A stretch of DNA of 64,000 nt, from the NCBI GenBank assembly GCA_011046135.1, contig DSBG01000136.1:9696-73695 (forward strand). The letters run 5' to 3'. A model generated the notes under the pieces. The model saw nothing but the letters and a program-made list of their open reading frames with translations, ran no database searches and was not told the origin of the DNA. A program made the position numbers and the translations under genes. The number at the start of each line of letters is the position of its first letter. Position 1 is the stretch's first letter. Below, in pieces: positions 1 through 10,008 of the stretch. Origin of the DNA: Deltaproteobacteria bacterium. GTDB lineage: Bacteria; Desulfobacterota; Desulfomonilia; UBA1062.

Positions 1-1419
1 TTCAATGGACTGGTGAAGTACGACAAGAACTATACGATCGTAGGAGACCTGGCTGAGTCGTGGGACATCGAAGATGAAGGGAGGCTCCTCAGATTCTATC
101 TGAGAAAAGATGTATCCTGGCACGATGGTGCACCCTTCACGGCACGGGACGTGATGTTCACCTACAGGACCATCATCGATCCCAAGACACCGACCGCCTA
201 CGGAGAGAAGTACAAGCTCGTCAAGCAGGCGCGCATGCTGGACGAGTACACCCTGGAGTTCTCCTACGAGAAACCGCTGGCTCCTGCCCTCATCAGCTGG
301 GGGGCGCTGCAGATCCTTCCTGAGCATCTCCTCAAAGACCAGGACATCGCCACCACCCTTTTCGCGCGTGCGCCCATCGGCACGGGACCGTTCACGTTCG
401 TCCGATGGGAGACCGGCTCAAAGATCATCCTTGCGGTGAACGAAACATACTTCGACGGCAGACCGTATCTCTCGGGGATATCCTACCGCATCATCCCTGA
501 TCAGAACACCCAGTTTATGGAGCTCAGGGCGGGAACTATCGACATCATGGGTCTGTCTCCCCTGCAGTTTCTGCGGCAGACCGACGGCGAGAGATTCACC
601 TCCATGTATACGAAGTATCAGTACCTCTCAGACGGGTACACCTACCTCGGATTCAACCTGAACCGGAAGCCCTTTGACGATATTCGGGTGCGCCAGGCCA
701 TCGCCTATGCCATCGACAAGGAAGAGATCATCAAGGGAGTTCTCCTGGGCATGGGAGAGATCTCCACCGGTCCATACAAGCCCGGCACCATCTGGTACAA
801 TCCGGATGTCGCCAAGTACCCCTACCACAAGAACAGGGCAATCAGCCTCATGGAGGAGGCTGGGTATCGCTATCGAGACGGCATTCTTGAAAAGAACGGC
901 AGGCCTTTTGTTTTGAATATCGTCACAAATCAGGGCAATCCCCTGCGGGACAAGTCTGCCCAGATCATTCAGCAGCGGCTCAGGATGATCGGCATCCAGG
1001 TCAGCATCCGCATTATCGAGTGGACCGTGTTTCTCAAGGAGTATGTGGACAAAGGTAACTTCGACGCGGTGATCCTGGGGTGGAATATCCTGCAGGACCC
1101 GGACCTGTTCAATGTGTGGCACTCGAGCAATGCAGTGCCCGGGGGTCTCAACTTCGTGGGGTACAGGAACGCGGAGGTTGACGAGCTCCTGAGCAGGGGG
1201 AGACATACCTTCGACGAAGAGGAGCGTAAAGAGTGTTACTTCAGGATCCAGGAAATCCTCTCCGAAGAACAGCCGTATGTATTCCTCTATGTTCCCTATT
1301 CCCTCCCGGTGGTCAGCTCGAGATTCAAGGGCATCGAACCGGCTCCGGCCGGCATCACCTACAACCTGGAGAAGTGGTATGTTCCGAGATCACTGCAGCG
1401 ATACGAGATGCTTCCCTGA
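1..1419 (+). CDS. Peptide/oligopeptide ABC transporter substrate-binding protein (family 5), 5'-truncated by the window edge
   Basis: Frame open from base 1 (FNGLVKYD...GDLAESW...FYLRKDVSWHDGAPFTARDVMFT; PIGTGPF; VRQAIAYAIDKEEI) matches SBP_bac_5 motifs; followed by two permeases. Confidence 0.93.
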   Translation, partial: FNGLVKYDKNYTIVGDLAESWDIEDEGRLLRFYLRKDVSWHDGAPFTARDVMFTYRTIIDPKTPTAYGEKYKLVKQARMLDEYTLEFSYEKPLAPALISWGALQILPEHLLKDQDIATTLFARAPIGTGPFTFVRWETGSKIILAVNETYFDGRPYLSGISYRIIPDQNTQFMELRAGTIDIMGLSPLQFLRQTDGERFTSMYTKYQYLSDGYTYLGFNLNRKPFDDIRVRQAIAYAIDKEEIIKGVLLGMGEISTGPYKPGTIWYNPDVAKYPYHKNRAISLMEEAGYRYRDGILEKNGRPFVLNIVTNQGNPLRDKSAQIIQQRLRMIGIQVSIRIIEWTVFLKEYVDKGNFDAVILGWNILQDPDLFNVWHSSNAVPGGLNFVGYRNAEVDELLSRGRHTFDEEERKECYFRIQEILSEEQPYVFLYVPYSLPVVSSRFKGIEPAPAGITYNLEKWYVPRSLQRYEMLP

Positions 1420-1431
1420 GAGGCTGAACGC

Positions 1432-2406
1432 ATGGTGAAATATCTCTTGAAACGGTTCTCCATACTGATTCCGACCTTCATCGGTATCACGATCGTGTGT
1501 TTTGCGGTTATTCATCTGGCACCGGGAGAGCCCACTGATCTGCAGACCGAAATGAACCCGAACATCACTCCGGAGGCCATCGAACAGCTGAAGGCCCATT
1601 ACGGTCTGGATAAGCCCCTCGTCACCCGGTACCTTCACTGGATGAAGAATCTCGGAAAACTGGACTTCGGAAATTCCATCTCATCTGACGCACGGCCCGT
1701 ATGGGATAAAATCAAAGAGCGCCTCCCCATTACTATCTACATCAATATCTCCTCCATGGTGATCATCTTCCTGGTGGCCATCCCACTTGGGGTTATCTCT
1801 GCAGTGCGGCGGGGGGGCATCCTTGACCGATCCATTACGATCTTCGTGTTCATCGGGTTTTCCATCCCCGGATTCTGGCTGGCGCTCCTGTGCATGGACT
1901 TCTTCGGGGTACGGCTCGGCTGGCTGCCCATCTCCGGCATCCACTCACCAGGATACCTCCAGATGGGCTTCCTGGAGAGACTGTTCGACCTCACAAAGCA
2001 CCTGTTCCTGCCCGTGGTGATCTCTGCGTTCGGTTCTCTAGCCGGCATGAGCCGGTACATGCGATCAAGCATGCTTGAGATTATCAGGCAGGACTATATC
2101 CTCACGGCACGTTCCAAGGGTCTTCCGGAGCGCACGGTGATCTACAAGCATGCCATGCGCAACGCCCTGCTTCCGGTGATCACCATCCTGGGTCTGTCCA
2201 TCCCGGGCCTTATCGGGGGCAGCGTGATCTTCGAGAGCATCTTCTCCATCCCGGGACTGGGAAAGCTCTTCTACGAGGCAATCATGATGCGGGACTACAA
2301 TCTGATCATGGGCAGTCTCACCATCGGTGCCGTCCTGACACTGCTGGGCAACCTCATCGCGGATGTCTGCTACAGCATCGCAGATCCGAGGATCCGTGCG
2401 AGCTGA
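1432..2406 (+). CDS. Peptide ABC transporter permease (OppB/DppB type)
   Basis: [15 protein letters not shown]-like N-terminus, EAA-loop region [21 protein letters not shown]-terminal ADPRIR. Confidence 0.93.
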   Translation: MVKYLLKRFSILIPTFIGITIVCFAVIHLAPGEPTDLQTEMNPNITPEAIEQLKAHYGLDKPLVTRYLHWMKNLGKLDFGNSISSDARPVWDKIKERLPITIYINISSMVIIFLVAIPLGVISAVRRGGILDRSITIFVFIGFSIPGFWLALLCMDFFGVRLGWLPISGIHSPGYLQMGFLERLFDLTKHLFLPVVISAFGSLAGMSRYMRSSMLEIIRQDYILTARSKGLPERTVIYKHAMRNALLPVITILGLSIPGLIGGSVIFESIFSIPGLGKLFYEAIMMRDYNLIMGSLTIGAVLTLLGNLIADVCYSIADPRIRAS

Positions 2407-2407
2407 T

Positions 2408-3235
2408 ATGGGATTCTGGTCGCGCATGTTGAGAGACAAGCTTGCCGTTGCAGGCATGATCATCGTGCTGGGATTCTTCGTCCTGTCTGTGGCCACGCCG
2501 CTGATCGCGCCCTATGACCCGAGCCTCATCGACGTGGACAATATCCTTGCCCCACCGTCTTCCACACACCTCTTTGGAACGGACGACCTCGGCAGGGACG
2601 TATTCACGCGAATGCTCTTCGGCGCAGGTATCTCGCTGAAGGTGGGGTTCGTGGCCGTGGGTATCGCTGTCCTCATTGGTACGATTCTGGGTTCGCTCTC
2701 CGGGTATTACGGTGGCTGGGCGGATATCATCATTATGCGAGTGGTGGACATCATGCTCTGTTTCCCCTCGTTCTTTCTGATCCTTGCGGTGATCGCCTTT
2801 CTGGAACCCTCCATCTACAACATCATGGCCGTGATCGGGCTCACTTCGTGGATGGGCATCACCCGACTCGTGCGCGCAGAATTTCTCACCTTGAAGGAAC
2901 GTGATTTCGTGCTGGCAGAGAAAACTATCGGCGCTGGAAGCCTTCGCATCATTTTTGTCCACATCCTGCCCAATGCCATGGCCCCGGTGCTGGTGGCCGC
3001 CACCCTCGGCATCGCTTCAGCCGTGCTCACGGAGTCTGCTCTCTCCTTTCTGGGCATCGGGGTGCAGCCTCCAACCCCGAGCTGGGGCAACATGCTTACC
3101 CAGGGTCAGGCAGTGCTCGGTGTTGCCTGGTGGCTCTCGTTCTTCCCGGGAATGGCGATTCTGCTCACCGTGCTGGGGTTCAACCTCCTGGGTGAAGGAA
3201 TCCGTGACGCCATCGACCCTCGGCTGCGACAGTGA
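2408..3235 (+). CDS. Peptide ABC transporter permease (OppC/DppC type)
   Basis: HLFGTDDLGRDVFTR, HILPNAM, ESALSFLGIG..PPTPSWG, DAIDPR; ATG at 2408 just after the upstream stop is preferred over 2363. Confidence 0.92.
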   Translation: MGFWSRMLRDKLAVAGMIIVLGFFVLSVATPLIAPYDPSLIDVDNILAPPSSTHLFGTDDLGRDVFTRMLFGAGISLKVGFVAVGIAVLIGTILGSLSGYYGGWADIIIMRVVDIMLCFPSFFLILAVIAFLEPSIYNIMAVIGLTSWMGITRLVRAEFLTLKERDFVLAEKTIGAGSLRIIFVHILPNAMAPVLVAATLGIASAVLTESALSFLGIGVQPPTPSWGNMLTQGQAVLGVAWWLSFFPGMAILLTVLGFNLLGEGIRDAIDPRLRQ

Positions 3236-3326
3236 ACAACCAGTTCCCTCGGAATCGTAACTCCGCCTCAGCCTCCTTCCCCGGCTCCCCGGGAGCAAAA
3301 TTTTCTCCTCGGCTCTCAGCCACTGA

Positions 3327-3355
3327 TTGACAAGCGCGGGAAGCAGTTCTACTAT
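3327..3355 (+). promoter_or_regulatory. Candidate sigma70 promoter for the ThiF/MoeB gene
   Basis: TTGACA (3327-3332), 17 bp spacer, TACTAT (3350-3355). Confidence 0.6.
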
Positions 3356-3456
3356 GAGGCACATACAGCATCGAGCCTGCACTTGACACGTCTATTCGTA
3401 TACACTCCACCACGAGAACACACCCGAGAAGTTCCCATCAAAGGGGGTCGCTGATC

Positions 3457-4200
3457 ATGACGCTGACACATGAACAACGTCACCGTTACACGAGACAGCT
3501 GGAGATAATCGGAGAAGAAGGCCAGAGGAGGCTGGGAGAGGCCCGCGTACTGATCACAGGGCTAGGGGGCTTGGGTTCGATCATCGCGGGATACCTTGCT
3601 GTGAGCGGCATCGGCTACCTCAGGATCGTGGACGTCGAACAGGTGGAGGCCACCGATCTCAATCGACAGATCTTCTACCTCAGTGATGATATCGGAAGGG
3701 ACAAGCCCGAATCCTTGGCGAAGAGACTGGTCGGACTGAACCCTTTCTGCAGGGTTGATGCCCACATGGAACGGATCGATGAGAAGACGATCCACCACCT
3801 GGTAAACGACGTCCACATCATCGTGGATACCCTGGACAACTTTACAAGCCGGCACGTGCTCAACAGGGCTGCCGTCACCAGGAGGCTTCCCCTGGTCCAC
3901 GGTGCGGTGAGGGGTTTGTACGGCCATGCCCTGACCGTGATCCCCGGGAGGAGCGCCTGCCTGAAATGCATCTTTCCAGAAAGACCTCCCCACGGAACCT
4001 TTCCCATCCTGGGTCCTACCTGCGGGGTGATTGCCTCTGTCCAGGCAAGCGAGGTGATCAAGTACGCCACCGGCATCGGGGCGCTGCTCCTCGATAGGTT
4101 GTTTGCCTGGAACGGCCGTCTCTCTGATGCTGAAATCATCGACGTGGAGCGCAATCCCGAGTGCAGCGTGTGCGGCTATATCCCCCCAGAGGTTGCGTAA
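3457..4200 (+). CDS. HesA/MoeB/ThiF-family adenylyltransferase (E1-like)
   Basis: RYTRQL, GLGGLG nucleotide loop, DLNRQ, D..DNFTSR, two CxxC Zn motifs (CLKC, CSVC). Confidence 0.9.
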   Translation: MTLTHEQRHRYTRQLEIIGEEGQRRLGEARVLITGLGGLGSIIAGYLAVSGIGYLRIVDVEQVEATDLNRQIFYLSDDIGRDKPESLAKRLVGLNPFCRVDAHMERIDEKTIHHLVNDVHIIVDTLDNFTSRHVLNRAAVTRRLPLVHGAVRGLYGHALTVIPGRSACLKCIFPERPPHGTFPILGPTCGVIASVQASEVIKYATGIGALLLDRLFAWNGRLSDAEIIDVERNPECSVCGYIPPEVA

Positions 4201-4268
4201 TGCCCGATCGGCGGAGTGTGCACGTTCATGGCCGTACGCATGACCTATTGCGGATGCATCGCAGGGGA

Positions 4269-4793
4269 TCATCGGTAGGATTCTGTCCCCCTGATTGCCA
4301 GGACCTCACCGAAGTATGACCGGTGGTAATCCTTCAGCGGATAGTGCTTCTCGATCGAGGCATCCAGGAACCGCTCCGGGTCGAAATCACACGAGAAGAT
4401 CTTTGTAAGCTCGATCAGAAGATCTGCCTCGGCAAAGGACGGGGAAGCGACCTGCCTTGATGCGACAGGGGTGAGTCCTGACTCTGCTACCTTGTCGCAG
4501 TTCCTGCCGGAGCGGGACCCGAGAATTTCCAGCGCCTTTCTGAACCTCTGCGGGAAGGCGCACAGGGTAAATGAATCGTAGCGCTCCATGAATTCAAACG
4601 TGTATCTCGTCGGGCGGACGACAACCTGGGCAAAGGGTTTGTTCCACATGATCCCGAAACTGCCCCACCCGACGGTCATTGCGTTGTAGGAGCCCTTGGC
4701 AAAATCCCCGCAGGCAAGGACGAACCATCGCTTGGACCACAATGCGTGGGCATTGATGAGAAAGGAGTCAACCGGTATGGAAGAAAGGGGCAT
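4269..4793 (-). CDS. Flavin reductase family protein (FMN split barrel)
   Basis: NAMTVGWGSFGIMWNKP..VVRPTRYT, GSRSGR..DK, DYH..YFGEV. Confidence 0.85.
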   Translation of the reverse strand: MPLSSIPVDSFLINAHALWSKRWFVLACGDFAKGSYNAMTVGWGSFGIMWNKPFAQVVVRPTRYTFEFMERYDSFTLCAFPQRFRKALEILGSRSGRNCDKVAESGLTPVASRQVASPSFAEADLLIELTKIFSCDFDPERFLDASIEKHYPLKDYHRSYFGEVLAIRGTESYR

Positions 4794-5027
4794 CTGTACA
4801 CCTCCACGTTCATGTGCTCTCTTTGAGCTTTACCCGATTTCCCTGAAAGGGACAACCAGAGGAATTTTCCCATTGATCGATCCACCCCTCTTTCTCATCG
4901 GTTCAGCGGTCACAAACCTTTGGTCAGGAGTGATCTCCCGGGACTGCCCTTGATCCGGAATGGGGCTGACCACTGTATATGATATCGTACTATTGACTCA
5001 CGGTCCTGTGCCGGTATTTATACAGAC

Positions 5028-6443
5028 ATGGAATTTAAAAACCGTTATGTCCTGTACAACCTGCAGCTCTTCGACGGAAAAACAACCGACCTCAAGAAAA
5101 ACAAGACCGTGCTGGTGGAGGGAATGAAGATCCGGGCCGTGGAAGATGGCACCGCACGGAGAGAAAACGAGACCATCAGGGCCATTGACCTGCACGGGTA
5201 CACCCTCATGCCCGGTCTCATCGATCTGCATGTACACATCACCGTGCCCTTCATGGACAGGGTAACGGCAAGGGCATTTTTCGCCATCTCAAACCAGATC
5301 GAGCGCAATGCCAGGGTGTGCATCGAGGCAGGCATCACCACGGTACGGGATGTCGGGGGGTTCCCCGGACGGCTTTCACGGTTGAGGACAGCCATCACCA
5401 CGGGTGATCTGCCAGGACCCCGTATCGTCATGTGCAACTCTGCCCTCACCACCCCGGGGGGAAGCCCTGACTGGGTGCCTTCGTTCAACCCGCTCATCAG
5501 GTCATTCCTCGGCGGTCAGTATGCCCTCAGGGCTGCTACTCCTTCTCAGGCCCGGGAACAGGTCGAAGAAATGATCCGTCTGGGAGCAACCTGGATCAAA
5601 CTCTACTGCCAGCACCACTCGGTGCTCCTCGGAGGGGGAACGCTGAGTGTCTTCGATCAGGAAACCTTCCACGCCATCATGGAAACCGCCCGCAGGAACC
5701 ACAGGAAGGTGTGCTGCCATATCACCTGGCTCAAAGATCTGGCCTATGCCATGTCCATGGGCGTGGACACCTTTGAACACTGCCCCCTTGAAGAGATTCC
5801 CGGTGAAACCGCCGCCGACTTCGCTTCCCGGAGCATGGCCCTGATCCCCACACTGACCTGCCTCGACCTTGGAAACGCCGTGCTCTTGAGCATGATCGAA
5901 GCAACCGTGAGTGAACAAGGACGACAGTACCTCGAGCCGGAGCCCCTCAGACAGGTGAAGAACTTCATCTCCAGATACCGCACGCGCCCCTACCCTCCGG
6001 AAGAAACAGCCTACCGCAGAGAACCCTACTTCGATCTCTCCCTCTTCAAGAGATGCTTCCCGCAGGTCAGGGAAAATGTGGGCAGGATTCTGCACTCGGG
6101 TGGTCGTGTGGGTGTTGGAACCAACTCCGGCGGCATGCCCACGGCACTCTTCGGTGTATTCTACCACGAAGAACTCAAACGACTCGTCAGCTGCGGGCTG
6201 ACCCCCGTGCAGACGCTCATGGCTGCGACATCGGGCAATGCATCGATCCTGGGGCTCGATGATGCCATCGGGAGCGTAACGGCCGGTAAAGTAGCGGACC
6301 TGATCGCTGTGGAGGGAAACCCGCTCCATGACCTCAACGCATTGAAGCACGTTCGCATGGTCATCAAAGAGGGCAGATTCATGTCGGGTGAACCGGAGGA
6401 GAAAGCTCAACCGGTCGTAACGAAATGGCGGAGATTCAGGTAA
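5028..6443 (+). CDS. Amidohydrolase superfamily protein (Xaa-Pro dipeptidase-like)
   Basis: TLMPGLIDLHVH (HxH), GITTVRDVGG, IKLY (carbamylated Lys), CH and FEH ligands, GSVTAGKVADLIAV; GTN in place of GTD. Confidence 0.88.
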   Translation: MEFKNRYVLYNLQLFDGKTTDLKKNKTVLVEGMKIRAVEDGTARRENETIRAIDLHGYTLMPGLIDLHVHITVPFMDRVTARAFFAISNQIERNARVCIEAGITTVRDVGGFPGRLSRLRTAITTGDLPGPRIVMCNSALTTPGGSPDWVPSFNPLIRSFLGGQYALRAATPSQAREQVEEMIRLGATWIKLYCQHHSVLLGGGTLSVFDQETFHAIMETARRNHRKVCCHITWLKDLAYAMSMGVDTFEHCPLEEIPGETAADFASRSMALIPTLTCLDLGNAVLLSMIEATVSEQGRQYLEPEPLRQVKNFISRYRTRPYPPEETAYRREPYFDLSLFKRCFPQVRENVGRILHSGGRVGVGTNSGGMPTALFGVFYHEELKRLVSCGLTPVQTLMAATSGNASILGLDDAIGSVTAGKVADLIAVEGNPLHDLNALKHVRMVIKEGRFMSGEPEEKAQPVVTKWRRFR

Positions 6444-6528
6444 GATCGTCAACGTCACGTGTTCTTCGGAGAGACATACTCCGGAACATCATCGCTCCTT
6501 ATAGACGGAGCTCGAGACAGCGAATCCC

Positions 6529-6900
6529 TCATCTCCTGTTTTTTATTCCGATCAGGAACAGGACTCCATACGCCACCATATTTACAAGGATCACCGCTAC
6601 CCCGAAGAGGATCTGCAGCTCTCTGGTAAGATCATGCGGGTAGATGAGCGCTTCGATGGCATGGATCACGAAGTCTCCCGTGTACGTCTCCTGGCCCGAG
6701 CGCTGCCTGAAGAAGTTCTCCAGGGGGGTCAACGGACAGATTCCTCCGGTGAACTGAATGACGATTCCCCAGATCACGCTAGGAATATGCATCCAGGCAA
6801 TCTTGGGCCAGAACCGGACAAGAACTCCTCCGGCCACGACGAAGACGATGAAGGTGAAGTGAGCGAGTACCACCCCCAAAGAGAGCACCCGGAAAACCAT
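6529..6900 (-). CDS. DUF2784-family membrane protein
   Basis: HF.FIVFVV.GG, W.HIP...WG, CPLTPLEN, Y.GDF; alternative start at 6912. Confidence 0.8.
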   Translation of the reverse strand: MVFRVLSLGVVLAHFTFIVFVVAGGVLVRFWPKIAWMHIPSVIWGIVIQFTGGICPLTPLENFFRQRSGQETYTGDFVIHAIEALIYPHDLTRELQILFGVAVILVNMVAYGVLFLIGIKNRR

Positions 6901-7056
6901 GGCAGCGTCCATACAGGAACAATACGAGGGTCCGCCCGGATGAACAAGTGTGGATCAGAAACACAAGCATTGTGCTGAAACCCATTCCTCACAAAAAGAC
7001 GCCTGATCCCCTCCATCAGGACGATGGACCGGGAGTTGTCCATGGAGAAAGGCTCT

Positions 7057-7749
7057 TCAGGAAAAACCACCGATCCGAATCTGAACCCTCAGGTAGAAGT
7101 TGTGAATTCCCAGGCCACGGAGCGGGATCTCGTAGATTGTACCGCTTTTCACCCTCGCTGGGACGTTCAGCACAACCGTCTCGTCTTCCTCGACCATGCC
7201 TCTTCCGCCGCAGTTCGAGCACACGTAGGGCCACACTCTCCCGCTCCCCCTGCAGGCCTGGCAGGGATACAGCACAGGAATGCTGATCGGAACCCTGCCG
7301 CCGGAGAAGGCCTCACTCGGAGAGAGGATCACTTCCAGGGTGAGTCCTTCGGGACGTTCTGCCTTGGTAATGCCGGCGGTGGTAAAATTCCTGAAGATTC
7401 TCTCAAAGAGCGCATCTATGGGCTGGCTTATGGAGAGAAAATCCCTCATCACGGAGACGGGTTCCGGAACAAGGGGCTCTGCATAGCGAGGTGGGTTCGT
7501 CATGACGGTCTGTGACTGTCCCCTGTGGCCACCCTCTCCATGGGCCAGACCCTCGTCATACGATTTTTTCTTTTGAGGATCAGAGAGCATTTCATAGGCC
7601 TCGACAATGTCCTGAAATTCCCATCTCGAGCAAGATCCTCCCAAATCAGGATGATACTTCTTCACGAGCTTCCTGAACGCCTCTTTTATCCCTGAAATGT
7701 CCTCTCCCCTCGAAACACCAAGGATCAAATAGTAATCTCGCTTGACCAT
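7057..7749 (-). CDS. DnaJ-domain protein with a single Zn-finger pair and partial C-terminal domain
   Basis: DYYLILGV...IKEAFRKLVKKYHPD J-domain; CQACRGSG and CSNCGGRG. Confidence 0.85.
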   Translation of the reverse strand: MVKRDYYLILGVSRGEDISGIKEAFRKLVKKYHPDLGGSCSRWEFQDIVEAYEMLSDPQKKKSYDEGLAHGEGGHRGQSQTVMTNPPRYAEPLVPEPVSVMRDFLSISQPIDALFERIFRNFTTAGITKAERPEGLTLEVILSPSEAFSGGRVPISIPVLYPCQACRGSGRVWPYVCSNCGGRGMVEEDETVVLNVPARVKSGTIYEIPLRGLGIHNFYLRVQIRIGGFS

Positions 7750-7791
7750 TGCTGCTCCACCCTCTCTGAATCTATCAATATTGTTTTTAAT

Positions 7792-7820
7792 ATTATAGGG
7801 TTCAGCAGGAAAAATTCAAG
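7792..7820 (-). promoter_or_regulatory. Candidate promoter for the DnaJ-like gene (sigma70 or RpoH-like)
   Basis: Minus strand reads CTTGAA-N14-CCCTATAA (RpoH-like) or TTGAAT-N16-TATAAT (sigma70-like). Confidence 0.5.
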
Positions 7821-7943
7821 CCACTCCCTGTGGAAACACCGCTCGTGCCCCGAAAAAAGATTCCCCGTGACGAACCCGTTCGCTTCCCTTCCGATCCCGG
7901 TGGCGTGTTCATGATCTTTCCTGCTCAGGAAGTGAGGGGGCTG

Positions 7944-7972
7944 TTGACCAACAACCGGAAATGCATTACCCT
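7944..7972 (+). promoter_or_regulatory. Candidate sigma70 promoter for the XRE/acyl-CoA dehydrogenase operon
   Basis: TTGACC-N17-TACCCT. Confidence 0.35.
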
Positions 7973-8034
7973 GAACACGTTTTCCAGCCAGTCGTGCATG
8001 GAGCTTTTTTTTATTGAACAGGCAGGAGGTCTCT

Positions 8035-8577
8035 GTGAGCAGAACATCTGGAGATTCATTCAGCAGAAAAATCAGGGAATTGAGACAGGAAAAGGGGTTG
8101 AGCCTGGAAGACCTTTCCCGGGAAACCGGCTACCCCCTCGATGTTCTCACGGACGTTGAAGAAGGAACGGTTGCCCCCCCTGTATCCCTCGTTCTCCAGC
8201 TCGGACGTTTGTTCAAGATAGATTTCGAAACCCTTGAACCTCAGGAGAGGAAGGCATCGAAACGCCGCAGATCAAGCCACAAGAAACGCGTCGCCTCCTA
8301 TGCGTACACCCCCTTGACGCGTCCGGGTGAGGAGAAACACCTCAGGGCCTACCTGGTCGGCATCGATCCCAACACCGAGCATCACGGGGTGGAGTATCAC
8401 CATGAAGGAGAGGAATTCATCTACGTCCTCCAGGGAAGCCTTGTGATCCAGGTCGGCCAGAACACGAACAGTCTTGGCACGGGCGAGAGCATACACTTCA
8501 ACTCAGCCCTGACCCATAAACTCAGCAACCCCACCGGCTCGAAGACAGAGCTCCTGGTTGTCATCTACGTTCCCTGA
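8035..8577 (+). CDS. XRE-family HTH transcriptional regulator with cupin sensor domain
   Basis: KIRELRQEKGLSLEDLS HTH; HEGEEFIYVLQG..GESIHFNS..H cupin; GTG at 8035 follows GGAGG. Confidence 0.9.
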   Translation: MSRTSGDSFSRKIRELRQEKGLSLEDLSRETGYPLDVLTDVEEGTVAPPVSLVLQLGRLFKIDFETLEPQERKASKRRRSSHKKRVASYAYTPLTRPGEEKHLRAYLVGIDPNTEHHGVEYHHEGEEFIYVLQGSLVIQVGQNTNSLGTGESIHFNSALTHKLSNPTGSKTELLVVIYVP

Positions 8578-8586
8578 GGAGGGACC

Positions 8587-9726
8587 ATGGCCTTTCAACT
8601 GACCGCCGAACACGAAATGGTGAGGCTCATGGCGCAGGATTTTGCCAGGAAGGAGCTGGAGCCCTATGCAGCGTACAGAGATCAGGAGGAGATCTTCCCG
8701 CTTGAGGTGATCAGAAAGATGGGTGAACTCGGTCTGCTGGGAATGATGGTGCCCTCCGAACATGGAGGATCCGGCGCCGGGGCGATAAGCTACTGCCTTG
8801 CCCTGCAGGAGATTGCCTATGCCTGTGCATCCACCGCCGTGACCATGTCAGTGGCAAACCTCTCGTGTGAACCGCTCCTCAACTTCGGGACAGAGGAGCA
8901 GAAGGCATCGTTTCTCAACAGCCTTGCCTGCGGCGGGAAACTCGGGTGTTTTGCCATCACCGAACCCGGGGCTGGATCCGATCCCGGAGGTATCCGGCTC
9001 AAGGCCGAGGAACGTGATGATCGCTATATTCTGAACGGGAGCAAGATATTCATCACCCACGGTGCATATGCCGACATCATCAACCTGATTGCGAGAACCG
9101 GCCCGGAAAAAGGAAACAAAGGACTTTCCGCCTTTATTGTGGAAAAGGGCATGCACGGCTTTTCCGTCGGCACAAAAGAACACAAGATGGGCCTGAGATC
9201 CTCCAACACCGTCGAGCTCCTCTTCGAGGACTGCGAAGTGCCGAGAGGAAATCTCATCAGCAGGCCTGGTCAGGGGTTCAAGATCGCCATGGCAGCCCTG
9301 GACAGCGGGCGCATCGGCATTGCATCACAGGCCATCGGAATCGCCCGTGCATGCCAGGACGAGGCAGTTCGTTATGCGCGACAGAGGAAACAGTTCGGAA
9401 GGACAATCGACTCGTTCCAAGCGATCCAGTGGATGATTGCAGACATGGCCACCGGGATCGAGGCAGCCTACCTCCTGACGCTTCAGGCTGCCTTCAGGAA
9501 GGACAAGGGGCTTCCCTTCACGAAGGAAGCTTCCATGGCCAAGCTCTTTGCTTCGGAGCTCTCCAACCAGGTTGCCTATCACGCCCTCCAGATCCACGGC
9601 GGATACGGCTACACCAAGGAATTCAAGATCGAACGGCTCTACCGCGACGCACGGGTCACCACAATCTATGAAGGAACATCGGAAGTGCAGCGGCTGGTCA
9701 TCGCTCGAGAGGTCATGAGGGGGTGA
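8587..9726 (+). CDS. Acyl-CoA dehydrogenase (short/branched-chain type)
   Basis: FAITEPGAGSD, LNGSKIFIT, KMGLRSS, RKQFG...FQAIQ, QIHGGYGY, RDARVTTIYEGTSEVQ. Confidence 0.95.
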   Translation: MAFQLTAEHEMVRLMAQDFARKELEPYAAYRDQEEIFPLEVIRKMGELGLLGMMVPSEHGGSGAGAISYCLALQEIAYACASTAVTMSVANLSCEPLLNFGTEEQKASFLNSLACGGKLGCFAITEPGAGSDPGGIRLKAEERDDRYILNGSKIFITHGAYADIINLIARTGPEKGNKGLSAFIVEKGMHGFSVGTKEHKMGLRSSNTVELLFEDCEVPRGNLISRPGQGFKIAMAALDSGRIGIASQAIGIARACQDEAVRYARQRKQFGRTIDSFQAIQWMIADMATGIEAAYLLTLQAAFRKDKGLPFTKEASMAKLFASELSNQVAYHALQIHGGYGYTKEFKIERLYRDARVTTIYEGTSEVQRLVIAREVMRG

Positions 9727-10008
9727 AGAGCTGCCGCGTCGTGTGCCGGCAGGTTCAGAGTGAACAATCCCCTCGTGAATCACCGCCTTTCGCATTCACA
9801 TGAGAGCTTCCTCAGACGCTCACGAGCACGAAGCTTGTTTCCCGGAGAAATTGTGGTTCGCGGAAACAGGGGGTGGAGAGAATGCGTGAGGGGGAACGGG
9901 TTTTTGCGGGAACATGGACGCGGTATTCAAATGGCAGGGGAATTCATGATAGACTTGTGGAGTCCGATGTTCGTTGAAGTCCGGAGCAAAACCGGCCAGG
10001 AGGGAATC

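Noticed and set aside
3383-3406. Second TTGACA...TACACT upstream of thiF/moeB
   Set aside because: Spacer is only 12 bp
3236-3456. Absence of ABC ATPase genes after the permeases
   Set aside because: The ATPases may lie upstream of the window edge or elsewhere; this is common and uninformative
5502-6458. 318-aa minus-strand ORF
   Set aside because: Antisense to the amidohydrolase, with no recognisable protein features
9760-10008. N-terminal extension of the DUF4139 ORF in the track
   Set aside because: RBS and signal peptide place the start at 10009; similar over-extended starts were trimmed for ppiD, fliK, fliN, gspH, gspL and nadE
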